This document shows positions 46,451 to 57,595 of a stretch of 64,000 nucleotides of DNA, one piece after another. The translations under genes and the position numbers were made by a program. Origin of the DNA: Clostridia bacterium (lineage in GTDB: Bacteria; Bacillota; Clostridia; Oscillospirales; CAG-272); NCBI GenBank assembly GCA_017517745.1, contig JAFWYJ010000062.1, positions 54 to 64,053 on the forward strand, read 5' to 3'. The notes below the pieces were generated by a model that did no database searches, had not been told where the DNA came from, and worked only from the letters and a program-made list of their open reading frames with translations. The number at the start of each line of letters is the position of its first letter. The stretch's first letter is position 1.

Positions 46451-46747
46451 TCAGACGCTTTCCGGAACGGGAGACGCTTCGCTCTCAAGCTCGGAAAGTG
46501 CCGCCTCGTATGCCGTGATCACCGCACTCTCCACCATGCCGCGAAACTGCGCATTGATGGGATGTACGATGTCGCGATAGCTTTCATCCGGGTTCTTTCG
46601 GCTGGGCATAACGATGAAAAAGCGTTCCCTCGCATAGATGACCTTGATGTCATGAACGGCAAGCTGACCGTCAAAGGTGACCGAAACCACCGCCTTCATC
46701 GGTCCTTCGTCAAAGAGCTTCCTGACCTTGATATCTGTGATCTGCAT
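46451..46747 (-). CDS. spoVG: SpoVG family protein
   Basis: MQITDIKVRK...MKAVVSVTFD...VHDIKVI...MPSRK...YRDIVHPIN. Confidence 0.93.
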   Translation of the reverse strand: MQITDIKVRKLFDEGPMKAVVSVTFDGQLAVHDIKVIYARERFFIVMPSRKNPDESYRDIVHPINAQFRGMVESAVITAYEAALSELESEASPVPESV

Positions 46748-46907
46748 ATAAGATCCCTCCGTTTGATGATTTTTTCACTTTGTTTGTTTTTTCTGACGTA
46801 TATAGTATAAATTGTTTTGACGATGAATATTCAAGAAACGGTAGATATTTTTGTGAATTTACATTTCAAGCGCAAATTGAGTGCTTGAAAGAAAGGACGG
46901 TGGAACG

Positions 46908-48320
46908 ATGTCCGTGGAAAACACACATCACGGTGCGGCGGCAATCGCGGCGCTTCTGTCTCGTTGTCGGAGTATTTTTTTCATTGGGATCGGTGGCATC
47001 AGCATGTCGGCGCTGGCAGAGCTCTCGGCAAGCAACGGCTTTGCCGTGGGCGGATCGGACAAAACCGAGACCGAATTGACCCAACGTCTGTGTGCGCGCG
47101 GGATCAAGGTCTTCTACGGCCACGAAGCTGCGCACGTGGATGACTACGACGCGGTGGTTTATACGGTTGCCATCGACGCTAAAAACCCCGAATATCTGGC
47201 GGCAAAGCAAGCAGGAAAGCCGCTCCTTTCCCGCGCAGATTATCTGGGATATCTGATGACAGGCTTCTCCTCTCGTGTGGGCGTGGCGGGCATGCACGGC
47301 AAGAGCACTTGCACCGCAATGTGCACAAGTATTTTTTTGGCGGCGGGAGACCCCACCGTCCTTTGCGGCGCGGCACTGCCCGCACTCGGAAATTCCCCCT
47401 GCCGCATTGGCGAAGGGCGGGAGCATCTCGTGTTTGAAGCCTGCGAATATATGGACTCTTTCCTCGATTTCAATCCCACTCTGGCAGTGGTGCTCAACAT
47501 CGGAATGGACCACGTCGATTATTTTCACAGCATGGAACAGATTCACGCCTCGTTTTTGGCGTATGCCGAGCGAACGGGCGAGGGCGGCAAACTTCTCTAC
47601 AACGCCGATGACGTCGAAAGCGTGAACGCCTTTTTGCCCTTTCGGGGAAGCAAGATCAGCTTCGGATTGGAAAATGATGCCGACTTCACGGCCAAAAATG
47701 CCGTCTCGGCAGGCGGTGTGACCGCATTCGATTTTTGCCACAAAGAAAAAAAGCTGTGCCGCATCTCTCTTCGTGCCATCGGAAAACATAACCTTTACAA
47801 CGCCCTCGCCGCGGCAAGCGCAGCGACTCTTTGCAAAATCTCTCCCGAGATCATCGCGAAAGGGCTTTCGGAGTTTCGCGGCGCGTCACGGCGCATGGAA
47901 TATAAAGGTACGTTGCCGAGCGGCGCCACGGTTTATGACGATTACGGACATCACCCGGACGAGATTCGCGCCACACTCTCGGGCGCAAGAGAGCTTGGCT
48001 TTTCGCGCGTGCTGTGCGCCTATCAGCCGCACACATACAGCCGTACCGCAGGATTGTTCGACGAGTTCTCCGCAGCGTTCGCCGACGTCGACCGTGTCTT
48101 TTTCGCCGATATTTATGCCGCGCGAGAAGAAAATCTCTGGGGCGTGACCTCAAAAGCTCTCGCCGACCGCATCGGAGAAAAAGCCCTCGCCTGCGGATCC
48201 TTTTCCGCTGTCGCCGAAGCCATTCAACAAGAGGCAAAAAAAGACGATCTCGTCATCGTCATGGGCGCGGGAGATATCTATCACGTTTTCGATCTCTTGA
48301 AATGGGAATCGAAGGCATGA
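46908..48320 (+). CDS. murC: UDP-N-acetylmuramate--L-alanine ligase
   Basis: FIGIGGISMSALA, AG.HGKST, EACEY, DHVDY, DDYGHHP.EI, QPHTYSRT, MGAGDI. Confidence 0.94.
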   Translation: MSVENTHHGAAAIAALLSRCRSIFFIGIGGISMSALAELSASNGFAVGGSDKTETELTQRLCARGIKVFYGHEAAHVDDYDAVVYTVAIDAKNPEYLAAKQAGKPLLSRADYLGYLMTGFSSRVGVAGMHGKSTCTAMCTSIFLAAGDPTVLCGAALPALGNSPCRIGEGREHLVFEACEYMDSFLDFNPTLAVVLNIGMDHVDYFHSMEQIHASFLAYAERTGEGGKLLYNADDVESVNAFLPFRGSKISFGLENDADFTAKNAVSAGGVTAFDFCHKEKKLCRISLRAIGKHNLYNALAAASAATLCKISPEIIAKGLSEFRGASRRMEYKGTLPSGATVYDDYGHHPDEIRATLSGARELGFSRVLCAYQPHTYSRTAGLFDEFSAAFADVDRVFFADIYAAREENLWGVTSKALADRIGEKALACGSFSAVAEAIQQEAKKDDLVIVMGAGDIYHVFDLLKWESKA

Positions 48321-48331
48321 ATTTGTGAAAT

Positions 48332-48877
48332 ACGTTTTGTGGGGGACACGTTTTTTGTGGGGGTGCTTTTGAAAAAGCCCCCCCACACCCCCGCAAAACT
48401 TTTTGGGTAAGGGGAAAAAGAAAATCCTTTATTTGTACGCTTTGAATGAGCATTACTCGGTTCGCCGCCGTGTAATGCTTTTTTGTGTTTCAAATTTTGA
48501 TTTGTCGCACACTTTGTTCGCACAAGCCATGTAGGGGCGATTCATGAATCGCCCCTACGTTGTTTCGTTCATTTGTTCGTTGAAATGAGACACCGATAAA
48601 TCCCAATTTTGCGCCCCTTTCCGTGGGCAAAACAAAAAAGAAAGCCATTGGCACGAAGTGCCTTTAGTGCGTTCCCAAAATGGCAGCGGGAGCGATTGAA
48701 TCGTCGAGCGCACGGATAAACAATTACGTTGATACCCATGCGATAAAAGTTTTTGCGGGGGTGTGGGGGAGCTTTTCTCAAAAAGCTTCCCCACAAAAAA
48801 CGCCGAAGGCAAAAAAGGGGCGTGGGGGTGGCTTTTTTCAAAAAGCACCCCCACAAAACGCGTCCCCACAAAAAACG
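48332..48877. repeat. ~550-bp nested palindromic element, copy 1
   Basis: Inverted ends (GGGGGTGCTTTT..AAAAAGC..CCCCACACCCCCGCAAAA), core palindrome GTAGGGGCGATTCATGAATCGCCCCTAC at 48531-48558; homologous to 60631-61175. Confidence 0.88.
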
Positions 48878-48878
48878 A

Positions 48879-50852
48879 TCATTCCAGCTCAAACGCGCCG
48901 GTATAGAGCTGATAATACTGTCCCTTTTGTTCGATGAGACGCTGATGATCGCCGCGTTCGATGATGCGGCCGTGGTCAAGCACCATGATGACGTCGGAGT
49001 TTCGCACGGTGGAAAGTCTGTGTGCGATGACGAAGACCGTTCGTCCCTTCATCAGAGCGTCCATACCGCGCTGTACGATCGCCTCGGTACGCGTGTCGAT
49101 CGAAGAGGTCGCCTCATCGAGGATCATCACGGGAGGATCGGCGACCGCTGCGCGCGCGATGGCGATCAGCTGACGCTGTCCTTGCGAAAGGTTCGCGCCA
49201 TTATTGGAAAGCTCGGTCTCATAGCCCTTCGGCAAGCGCGAGATGAAATCGTCGGCGCCCGCCAGCTTTGCCGCGCGGATGCATTCCTCGTCGGTCGCGT
49301 CAAGATTGCCGTATCGAATATTATCCATCACCGTGCCCGCGAAGAGATTGGTCTCCTGCAAAACGATGCCCAAGGAACGGCGCAGATCGGATTTTCGGAT
49401 CTTGTTGATGTTGATGCCGTCGTAACGGATCTTTCCGTCGGCGATGTCATAAAAACGGTTGATGAGATTGGTGATGGTGGTTTTTCCCGCGCCCGTCGCG
49501 CCGACGAAGGCAACCTTCTGTCCCGGCTCGGCATAGAGCGTCACGTCGTGAAGAACGGTCTTGCCTTCGGTGTAGGCAAAGTCGACCTCGGTCATGCGAA
49601 CGTCTCCGCGCAAGGGCGTGTAGGTCACCGAGCCGTCCGCGCTGTGCGGATGCTTCCATGCCCACTTTCCGGTGTGTGTCTCGGATTCTCTGACCGTACC
49701 GTCGGGATCGATCTCGGCATTGACCAACGTCACGTAGCCGTCATCAACCTCGGGGACCTGATCCATCAATTCAAAAATACGCTCTGCGCCCGCCATACCC
49801 ATGACGATCGAGTTGACCTGCTGGGAGACCTGGTTGATGTTGCCCGTAAACTGCTTCGTCATCGACAAGAACGGCACGATGATATCGACACCGAATGCCA
49901 AGCCCGAAAGGCTGACGTTGGGAGTGTTTGTCACCAGGATCAAGCCGCCCACCATCGCGACGATGACGTACATGACGTTTCCGATGTTCATCAGAATCGG
50001 ACCGAGCATGTTGGCATTCGCGTTGGCGCGATAGCTCTCCTGAAAAAGCCCCTCGTTGATCTTGTCAAAATCCTCGATGCTCTGCTTCTCGTGGCAGAAA
50101 ACCTTGACGACCTTCTGTCCGTTCATCATCTCCTGCACGTAGCCCTCCAGTGAGGCAACCGACTTTTGCAAACGGAGAAAATATTTTGCCGAGCCGCCGC
50201 CGATCTTCTTGGTGACAAGGAACATAAACAGAACGCCGACCAGCAAAAGCAACGTCAGCCAGATGCTGTAATACAGCATGATGAAAAAGACGCTGAGCAC
50301 GACGATCGAGGCACGGATCATCGTCGGAATCGACTGCGCCACGAGCTGACGCAGCGTGTCGATGTCATTGGTATAATAGCTCATGATGTCGCCGTGCTTG
50401 TGCGTGTCAAAATATTTGATCGGAAGATTTTGCATCCGCTCAAACATCTCGCGGCGCATCTTGCACAAAAAGCCTTGGGTGATATACGCCGTCAGCTGAG
50501 TATCCAGCGTAATGGTAACGAGAGACACGGCATACATTCCCGCCAAAAAGAGGATGTGCGGCACGATCTCGGCACTTGCCATTCTCCACGCCTCAGCCAT
50601 CGGAAGTTTCTGCTCGGCAGCGATGCTCTGCCAATTCTCGATCAGCTCGGTCACCTTTTGCAAAAAGACCGCGGGAATTGCCGATGCGATCGCCGTGAAA
50701 AGAATGCAGACCGCGGTCATCGGAACCAGGACGGGATAGAATTTGATCAGCATTCCGAGCAGGCGCTTCAAAACGCGGGTCTTGAGCTTCGGGCGCCCAT
50801 GCGGCGCGCCCATCGGGGCTCCCTGCGGTGCCGCTTTATTCTGCTTCTTCAT
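48879..50852 (-). CDS. Heterodimeric ABC exporter subunit (consensus NBD)
   Basis: TMD + GATGAGKTT, LSQGQRQL, ILDEATSSID, IAHRLST. Confidence 0.92.
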   Translation of the reverse strand: MKKQNKAAPQGAPMGAPHGRPKLKTRVLKRLLGMLIKFYPVLVPMTAVCILFTAIASAIPAVFLQKVTELIENWQSIAAEQKLPMAEAWRMASAEIVPHILFLAGMYAVSLVTITLDTQLTAYITQGFLCKMRREMFERMQNLPIKYFDTHKHGDIMSYYTNDIDTLRQLVAQSIPTMIRASIVVLSVFFIMLYYSIWLTLLLLVGVLFMFLVTKKIGGGSAKYFLRLQKSVASLEGYVQEMMNGQKVVKVFCHEKQSIEDFDKINEGLFQESYRANANANMLGPILMNIGNVMYVIVAMVGGLILVTNTPNVSLSGLAFGVDIIVPFLSMTKQFTGNINQVSQQVNSIVMGMAGAERIFELMDQVPEVDDGYVTLVNAEIDPDGTVRESETHTGKWAWKHPHSADGSVTYTPLRGDVRMTEVDFAYTEGKTVLHDVTLYAEPGQKVAFVGATGAGKTTITNLINRFYDIADGKIRYDGININKIRKSDLRRSLGIVLQETNLFAGTVMDNIRYGNLDATDEECIRAAKLAGADDFISRLPKGYETELSNNGANLSQGQRQLIAIARAAVADPPVMILDEATSSIDTRTEAIVQRGMDALMKGRTVFVIAHRLSTVRNSDVIMVLDHGRIIERGDHQRLIEQKGQYYQLYTGAFELE

Positions 50853-52581
50853 CGCCGTCACCTCCGTTCGTTTGCTGTTCAAAGACCTCACGGTAGATCT
50901 CGCTCGTTTGGAGCAGCTCCTCGTGCTTGCCCATATCGGTGATCCGTCCGTTGTCCATCACAAGGATCAGATCGGCATCCTGCACCGAGGAAATTCTTTG
51001 CGCGATGATGATCTTCGTGGTCTCGGGAATATACGACCAAAAGCCCTCGCGGATCATGGCGTCGGTCTTGGTATCGACGGCACTGGTCGAGTCGTCGAGA
51101 ATCAGAATCTTCGGCTTTTTCAACAGTGCGCGCGCAATGCACAGACGCTGCTTCTGTCCGCCCGAGACGTTGGTTCCGCCCTGCTCGATGAAGGTGTCGT
51201 AGCCCTCCGGGAACGACATGACGAAATCATCCGCCTGCGCAAGCCGACACGCCTCGCGGATCTCCTCGTCGGTCGCGTCGGGTTTTCCCCATTGCAAATT
51301 CTCTCGGATGGTGCCCGCAAACAAGAGATTCTTCTGCAAAACCATTGCCACCGAGTCGCGCAGAACGTCGATCCGATAATTTCGCACGTCAACGCCGCCA
51401 ACCTTGACACAGCCCTCGGTCGCGTCGTAAAGGCGCGGGATGAGCTGCACAAGCGAGGATTTACTGGAACCGGTTCCGCCGATGATACCGACGGTCATGC
51501 CCGACTTGACGTGCAGATCAATGTCTGCCAGCGCGAATTTCTTCGCACTTTCGGAATATTTGAAGCTGACGCCATCGAAATCGATCGAGCCGTCCGCGAC
51601 TGCGGTCACGGGATCGGCGGGAGACGTCATCGACGGCTCCTCCCGCAAAACCTCCATGATGCGCTTCGCCGATTCGGTGGACATCGTGATCATCACGTAG
51701 ATCATCGAAAGCATCATCAAGGACATCAGAATCGCCATGCCGTAGTTGAGCATCGCCGAAATGTGTCCGACGTCGATCTCGGCAGTGGTGATCGCCAATT
51801 TCGAGCCCATGAACAGGATGAACACCATGTTGACGTACATACAAATCTGCATCAAGGGTGTGTTCAGTGCCACGATGCGCTCGGCCTTGGTGAAGTCGCC
51901 GCGGATCTCTTCCGCGCTCTTTCCGAACTTTTTCTTTTCGTAATCTTCACGGGAAAAGCCCTTGACCACACGCATACCGCGCACGTTCTCCTCGATCGAC
52001 TCGTTGAGACGGTCATATTTTTTGAACACCGCGCGGAAAGCGGGCATCGCGTAGCGTCCAATCATGATCAAGCCAAACGCCAGCACGGGAATGACCACCA
52101 CAAAGGACATGGCCAGCAAGCCTCCCATACGAAACGCCATGATGATCGAAAAGATCAGCATCAGCGGGCTTCGGATGGCGGTTCGAATGATCATCATAAA
52201 CGACATCTGCACGTTTGCGACGTCGGTGGTCAAGCGGGTAACCAGAGACGAGGTCGAGAACTTGTCGATGTTTTGGAACGAGTAGGTCTGCACCTTCTCA
52301 AACAGGTCCTTCCTCAGGTTCTTGGAAAATCCCGAGGATGCCTTCGCGCAGGTAAAGCCCGCGATTCCGCCGAAGCAAAGCGACAGGATCGCCATGACGA
52401 TCAGCAGAACACCGGTTTTGACGATCACGGACATGTCGGCGCCGCTTTTGATGCTGTTGATCAGGTTGGCGGTGACGAACGGGATCAGCGTCTCAATGAC
52501 GGCTTCTCCCACGATGAAAAGCAACGTCAGAATCACGTACTTTTTGTACTCTCGGACGCATTTTGCAAGTCTTTTCAACAT
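50836..52581 (-). CDS. Heterodimeric ABC exporter subunit (degenerate NBD)
   Basis: TMD with SSLVTRLTTDV; GGTGSSKSS, VSGGQKQR, ILDDSTSAVD, IAQRISS. Confidence 0.92.
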   Translation of the reverse strand: MLKRLAKCVREYKKYVILTLLFIVGEAVIETLIPFVTANLINSIKSGADMSVIVKTGVLLIVMAILSLCFGGIAGFTCAKASSGFSKNLRKDLFEKVQTYSFQNIDKFSTSSLVTRLTTDVANVQMSFMMIIRTAIRSPLMLIFSIIMAFRMGGLLAMSFVVVIPVLAFGLIMIGRYAMPAFRAVFKKYDRLNESIEENVRGMRVVKGFSREDYEKKKFGKSAEEIRGDFTKAERIVALNTPLMQICMYVNMVFILFMGSKLAITTAEIDVGHISAMLNYGMAILMSLMMLSMIYVMITMSTESAKRIMEVLREEPSMTSPADPVTAVADGSIDFDGVSFKYSESAKKFALADIDLHVKSGMTVGIIGGTGSSKSSLVQLIPRLYDATEGCVKVGGVDVRNYRIDVLRDSVAMVLQKNLLFAGTIRENLQWGKPDATDEEIREACRLAQADDFVMSFPEGYDTFIEQGGTNVSGGQKQRLCIARALLKKPKILILDDSTSAVDTKTDAMIREGFWSYIPETTKIIIAQRISSVQDADLILVMDNGRITDMGKHEELLQTSEIYREVFEQQTNGGDGDEEAE

Positions 52582-52884
52582 AAAATCTCCTTCAAAACTT
52601 CCTTTCCATTGATATTTGCTTATATATCGCATAAAATTACATTATAATATTTTATCATAAAGGATGGTAATTGTCAATCTGTAAAGATTCCGTTTTTTGT
52701 TTTCTCTGCCGACTTCGTTTTGTCAAATTCGTCACAATCAATTAGTTGCGCCAATTAAGCAATGAATCATTTGAACATATTTTGAATGAAATGTTAACAT
52801 TAGAAGAATGCAATTGACAATCGATGAAAAATGTGATATAATTTCAGCACAACCTGTGCTGAATTTTTTTGGAGGAGGTTTTCA

Positions 52885-53460
52885 TTGGAACAACAAACCG
52901 CGCTGATTCGTGACGCCATGTCCGAAAAAATCGTGGAAACCGCGGGCGAGATCGTCACCGCAGACGGCGTGCACAGCCTGACCGTGAGTCGGATCCTGCG
53001 AATCCTCGGCATCACCAACCGCGTTTTCTACAATCGCTTTCACAATCTCGACGAGGTGCTTTCGGCGGTCTATTGCAACACCGCGCTGAAGGTGCGGGAA
53101 AGCATATCCTCGGACAACGTGGAAGAAACCGATTTTTTCGAGCACGTGCTGGACATCGTCACAAAAACCCTGATCGCATCCTATGACACCAAAATGCGAT
53201 TTACACAATACGTCTTTGAAAACGACTCGCAATCAGAGAGCAACTTCGAGTGGTGGACGGCAGAAATCAAACGCCTGATCGACTACGCGAAGGAAAAGCG
53301 TCTGATCAAAAACGTCGATTCGGAAAGCATGAGCTATTCGATCTGGTGCTTTTGCCGCGGCTTTAACGCGGACGCCGTCGGACGCAACATCCCGCGAGAG
53401 GAAGCGATCAAACGCTTTCAATACAGCTTTGGGATTCTCTTGGACGGCATGAAAATATAA
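52885..53460 (+). CDS. TetR/AcrR-family regulator
   Basis: KIVETA......G...LTV..I...LGI...VFYNRF HTH; GGAGG RBS, TTG start; promoter TTGACA-17-TATAAT at about 52814-52842. Confidence 0.82.
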   Translation: MEQQTALIRDAMSEKIVETAGEIVTADGVHSLTVSRILRILGITNRVFYNRFHNLDEVLSAVYCNTALKVRESISSDNVEETDFFEHVLDIVTKTLIASYDTKMRFTQYVFENDSQSESNFEWWTAEIKRLIDYAKEKRLIKNVDSESMSYSIWCFCRGFNADAVGRNIPREEAIKRFQYSFGILLDGMKI

Positions 53461-53574
53461 CATTGAAAAAAACAAATCATTCGACACACCTCCGCGGCGC
53501 GTATGTTCGACCGCAGTTTTGCAAATACTGACGCCATACGGAGGAATCCGATCAGAAAGGAACGAACGATCTTT

Positions 53575-55272
53575 ATGAAAAATGAGATTTTACACGAAAA
53601 AACAGAATTCGCCAACGTGCGCGAGCTTGTAGAATGGGCTGCCGAGACTTATGGCGAGAAAAACGCGTATTCCTTCCGCCGCAATCCGCATGACACCGAT
53701 GCGGTGCAAATCAGCTTTGCACAGTTCCGTGATGACGTGCGTGCTCTGGCGAGTGAGTTCCACGCGCGCGGCTGGGCAGGAAAGCACATCGCTCTCATCG
53801 GCAAAATGTCCTACGATTGGGCGCTGTCCTACTTTGCCGCGCTCGCAACCGGCTCGGTTCTGATCCCTCTGGATCGCGATTGGACGGCTGAAGATCTCAC
53901 CGATACCATCGGAAAGGCAAATGCCGATCTGCTCTTCTGCGATGAGGATATTTCGGAAAAGGCAACCGCCATCGCCAATGCGATCAGCTTCATGGCTCCC
54001 CCCGTCCTCCTTTCGTCAAAGAAGGAAGCAAGTACGCTCATCACCCTGGTCCGCAAGGGTTATACCAAATTGGAGGCACAAGCCGAGGCCTATTTCAACA
54101 CCTATATCAATCCCTCGAAAATGTCGCTGCTGGTCTTCACTTCGGGAACCACCGGCAAGGGCAAGGGCGTCATGCTCTCGCAAACCGCCATTCTTTCCTG
54201 CATGTCCTCGGTCACGCCCTATATCGACTTTTCCGAGAAAACGCTCGGCGTTCTTCCTCCGCATCACACCTACGGCTCCACCGTCATGCTCATCGGCCAC
54301 CTCAGCATCGGTTCGGAGATCTATATTTCGGGCGGTATCCGTTATATCATGAAGGAACTCAAAGAGCAGCAGCCCGGACATCTGGTGCTGGTGCCGCTCT
54401 ATCTCGAAACCTTCTACCGCAAGATTCTTGCCAACATCAAGGAGCAGGGCAAGCTTGATCTGGTGATGAACATGATCAAGGCAAGCAATGCGATGCGCAA
54501 GATCGGCATCGACATGCGCACCAAGCTCTTCAGCGCGATCCGCGCGGCGTTTGGCGGCAAGATCAAGATGATCATCTCGGGCGGTGCTCCCATCAACCCC
54601 GACATTCTCAAATTCTTTGACGCGATCGGCATCGCGACGCTCAACGGCTACGGCATCACCGAGTGCGCACCTCTCATCGCGGTCAACCGCAGTCTGCACG
54701 TGGTTCCCGGAAGCGTCGGAAGCATCATCGACATCGACACGGTCAAAATCCGCGAGCCCAACGAGAACGGCGAAGGCGAAATCTGTGTCAAGGGTCCCAA
54801 CGTCATGCTGGGCTATTACAACGACGAAGCCGCCACTGCCGCCGCGTTCGACAGAGAAGGCTACTTCCGCACGGGTGACTACGGCAAGCTTGGAAAAAAC
54901 AACATTCTGTATATCACCGGTCGAAAGAAGAACCTCATCATTCTTTCCAACGGCAAAAACGTCTACCCCGAGGAGATCGAGAGCGTGCTGAACGCAACGC
55001 CCGGCGTGCTGGATATCATCGTCTACGAGGGTCAGAGCAAGCGCGGCATGGAACACAACGCCATCGTTGCTGAAATCTATCCCGACCAGGAATATCTGGA
55101 AAAGAACAACATCACCGACGCGGAAGCGCATCTGAAGCCCTTCATCGACGCCTATAACCGCACCGCAGTTCCCTACAAGAAGATCGGTGTCCTCAAGGTC
55201 CGCACCACCGAGTTCCCCAAGAACACGCTGAGAAAGATCCTGAGATTCAAGCTGGATACGACCATTGACTGA
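53575..55272 (+). CDS. Long-chain acyl-CoA synthetase (AMP-binding enzyme)
   Basis: FTSGTTGKGKGVML, GYGITECAP, GPNVMLGYY, YFRTGD.G, GRKKNLIILSNGKNVYPEEIE. Confidence 0.92.
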   Translation: MKNEILHEKTEFANVRELVEWAAETYGEKNAYSFRRNPHDTDAVQISFAQFRDDVRALASEFHARGWAGKHIALIGKMSYDWALSYFAALATGSVLIPLDRDWTAEDLTDTIGKANADLLFCDEDISEKATAIANAISFMAPPVLLSSKKEASTLITLVRKGYTKLEAQAEAYFNTYINPSKMSLLVFTSGTTGKGKGVMLSQTAILSCMSSVTPYIDFSEKTLGVLPPHHTYGSTVMLIGHLSIGSEIYISGGIRYIMKELKEQQPGHLVLVPLYLETFYRKILANIKEQGKLDLVMNMIKASNAMRKIGIDMRTKLFSAIRAAFGGKIKMIISGGAPINPDILKFFDAIGIATLNGYGITECAPLIAVNRSLHVVPGSVGSIIDIDTVKIREPNENGEGEICVKGPNVMLGYYNDEAATAAAFDREGYFRTGDYGKLGKNNILYITGRKKNLIILSNGKNVYPEEIESVLNATPGVLDIIVYEGQSKRGMEHNAIVAEIYPDQEYLEKNNITDAEAHLKPFIDAYNRTAVPYKKIGVLKVRTTEFPKNTLRKILRFKLDTTID

Positions 55273-55298
55273 TTTTTGATCTTGACCGGGAGGTTTTT

Positions 55299-56063
55299 AT
55301 GCCATTCGTCAGTATTATTATGCCCGCCTACAACGCGGAACGCACCGTGAAGGAATCGGTGCTGTCTGCCCTGAAACAGACCTATTCCGATTTTGAGCTG
55401 ATCGTGATCGACGACGGCTCAAAAGACCGCACCCCGGAGATCCTTCGGGAGTTGGCGCAAAGCGACGCGCGCATCCGCGTGCTGCGCAATGATCCCAACG
55501 TCGGCGTTTCCCGTTCACGTAACCGCGGCATCGCCGAAGCCACGGGCGAGTGGGTCGCCTTTCTGGACAGCGACGATCTTTGGAGAGAGGATAAGCTGGA
55601 GAAACAGCTGAAGTTGATCGAGCAATATCCCGACGCCGCCCTGACCTACACGGCATCGGCGTTCATTCTCAACGACGGCTCCCCCATGGGCTACGTCCTA
55701 CCCGCCAAGGAACGGATCGGGCGCCGCGAGCTGTTGCGGCACAATCTGCTTTCCTGCTCCTCGGTCATGGCGCGCACCGATCTTTTGCGGGAGTGTCCCT
55801 TCCCAGGCGACCGCATCCACGAGGATTACTTCGTCTGGCTGACGTTGCTCAAAAAAATCCCTTATGCCTACGGCGTCAACGAGCCGCTCCTGATCTACCG
55901 ACTCACGGAGAATTCGCGCTCTGGCAACGCGTGGAGATCCACCAAGATGCTCTTCCGCACCTACCGTGCCGTGGGAATGAACCCCATTTCCGCCGCCCTC
56001 CACGTGCCACCGTATCTGCTCTACGTCATCAACAAAAAAAGGAAGCAAAAAGCTTCCAGATAA
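55299..56063 (+). CDS. GT2 glycosyltransferase (TuaG-like)
   Basis: VSIIMPAYN, IDDGSKD, AFLDSDDLW..DKLEKQ, HEDY. Confidence 0.88.
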   Translation: MPFVSIIMPAYNAERTVKESVLSALKQTYSDFELIVIDDGSKDRTPEILRELAQSDARIRVLRNDPNVGVSRSRNRGIAEATGEWVAFLDSDDLWREDKLEKQLKLIEQYPDAALTYTASAFILNDGSPMGYVLPAKERIGRRELLRHNLLSCSSVMARTDLLRECPFPGDRIHEDYFVWLTLLKKIPYAYGVNEPLLIYRLTENSRSGNAWRSTKMLFRTYRAVGMNPISAALHVPPYLLYVINKKRKQKASR

Positions 56064-56081
56064 TACCCAAAAACGAAAAAA

Positions 56082-56122
56082 CAAAACAGGACAGAGAATT
56101 TTGAAGTTCTCTGTCCTGTTTT
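56082..56122. terminator. Bidirectional terminator
   Basis: AAAACAGGACAGAGAA-loop-TTCTCTGTCCTGTTTT between convergent genes. Confidence 0.75.
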
Positions 56123-56179
56123 TATGCGCAGAAAGTATGCCGCTTTGTTGCAAGCACCCCTTCTCTGCCTTTTTTGTTG

Positions 56180-56872
56180 TTATTGTTCCAAGGAATAGAA
56201 GTACAGCTGCCCGTCTGCATGCTTGGCAAAGGTGGCGATATAAGTTTGGGAGAGGCTCTCTCCGTCCGACAGACGGAAGAGCATGCGATAGGTGTTCGCG
56301 GTCTGCTCGATCTGCTCCGCCACAACCGTCACACCCGATCTCCACGCTTGCAACGGAGCCGTGTAAACGCGCTCGGACGAAACGTAGGCAAAAACCGCTC
56401 CGTTCTTGTGCCGAACGCTCGTTGCTCCGAAATAGCGGTTGGCGGCGCGCTCGAAATCCTCGGCAGGGATCGCCGTGGAAAGATCACCGGCAATTGCACC
56501 GGACGAGATTGACAGAGAATGGCGGTTGCCCGTATAAAGCAAATAATTGTCGCGCAAGAGCGCATTCAGCAGTGCATCGCGATAGACCGTCACCGCCTGC
56601 GACGGAGTCCGAAAGGTTTTGAGACGGAGGCTGTTGGCGGTCAAGTCTCCCACCATCTCGCAAAGCGAGTCGGCAAGAGGACCGTCGATCGGCAACGTCG
56701 ATTCGATGCGCTCGGAGCCGTAGTTTGAAACGTCGACACCCAGCACGCCGCGCACCCACAAAGGATTCGCGCCCGCCACGCAAGACACAAAAAACACGGC
56801 ACTCAAGAGCAAAAGCAACAAAAGCATTCCCTTGTTGACACGCCGCTTGCATCTGTATCCGCGATTTTTCAC
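56180..56872 (-). CDS. Hypothetical secreted/membrane-anchored protein
   Basis: Basic N-terminus then LLLLLLLSAVFFVSC; AAGGGAG RBS before a GTG start. Confidence 0.65.
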   Translation of the reverse strand: MKNRGYRCKRRVNKGMLLLLLLLSAVFFVSCVAGANPLWVRGVLGVDVSNYGSERIESTLPIDGPLADSLCEMVGDLTANSLRLKTFRTPSQAVTVYRDALLNALLRDNYLLYTGNRHSLSISSGAIAGDLSTAIPAEDFERAANRYFGATSVRHKNGAVFAYVSSERVYTAPLQAWRSGVTVVAEQIEQTANTYRMLFRLSDGESLSQTYIATFAKHADGQLYFYSLEQ

Positions 56873-57082
56873 GTCACCATCTCCCTTCCAAAAATCTCCA
56901 TCTTATATTTTATCAGATCCGCAATCTTTTGTCAATAGAATAACAGACATTTTTTTACAATATCTTGTATTTTTATTGATTTCACAACCACAAGATATTC
57001 GATTTTGTCGTAGGTTTTTTTGATTTTGTCATATGCGACGTGACATATGACATTTTTAATTAAATTTTACAATTCTTTTCCG

Positions 57083-57595
57083 TTAAAAATCCCCCTTCTG
57101 TTCTCGGCAAAGAGCCTCGACGTGACGATGCTCATCGCTCAGCAAATGCGCCAGTACCGAGCGCACCACGCGGTCCTGTGTTCTGCCCATCAAGGTCTGA
57201 TAGCGGTCAATTCCGCGCCGTTCCTCGCGGATCGAATCGGCGTACAGAGCCGCTCGCCCCCGAGACTCCCTCTTGATGCCGCTCCTGCCATCACGCTCGA
57301 TCCCCTGCACGCGCATATTTGCCTGAATCACAGGATTGCCGCCCAGTGCCAAAATCAGCTCCCCCAACATCCGAAAATGCAACATCTCCTCTTTGGCAAG
57401 CCGTTCAAACAGCGCGGCGGCATCCGGCTCTCGGCGCGCCCAAAGGAGCGAACGATAGGTATATGCCGCCACCGCGCCCAATTCCTCCATATAGCTTTCC
57501 TCCAACGCCGCCGCAAAGCGAAGATCCCGGGCAACACACCCCTCAAGCGTCGGATAAAACGCGGGAAAACCTCTTCCCTCCAAATCCTTTTCCAT
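57083..57595 (-). CDS. Ferritin-like (rubrerythrin/CotJC-like) di-metal protein
   Basis: E..A...Y, EEMLH....GELI..LGGNP, E...I..Y, DEHRH di-iron pattern. Confidence 0.75.
   Translation of the reverse strand: MEKDLEGRGFPAFYPTLEGCVARDLRFAAALEESYMEELGAVAAYTYRSLLWARREPDAAALFERLAKEEMLHFRMLGELILALGGNPVIQANMRVQGIERDGRSGIKRESRGRAALYADSIREERRGIDRYQTLMGRTQDRVVRSVLAHLLSDEHRHVEALCREQKGDF

Noticed and set aside
48150-48979. Short ORFs inside the 550-bp elements (also 60520-61167)
   Set aside because: Frames differ between the two copies and show no protein motifs; they are by-products of the repeats.
50836-52581. Degenerate ABC motifs as a sign of pseudogenisation
   Set aside because: A non-canonical Walker B/switch in one subunit is normal for heterodimeric ABC exporters.
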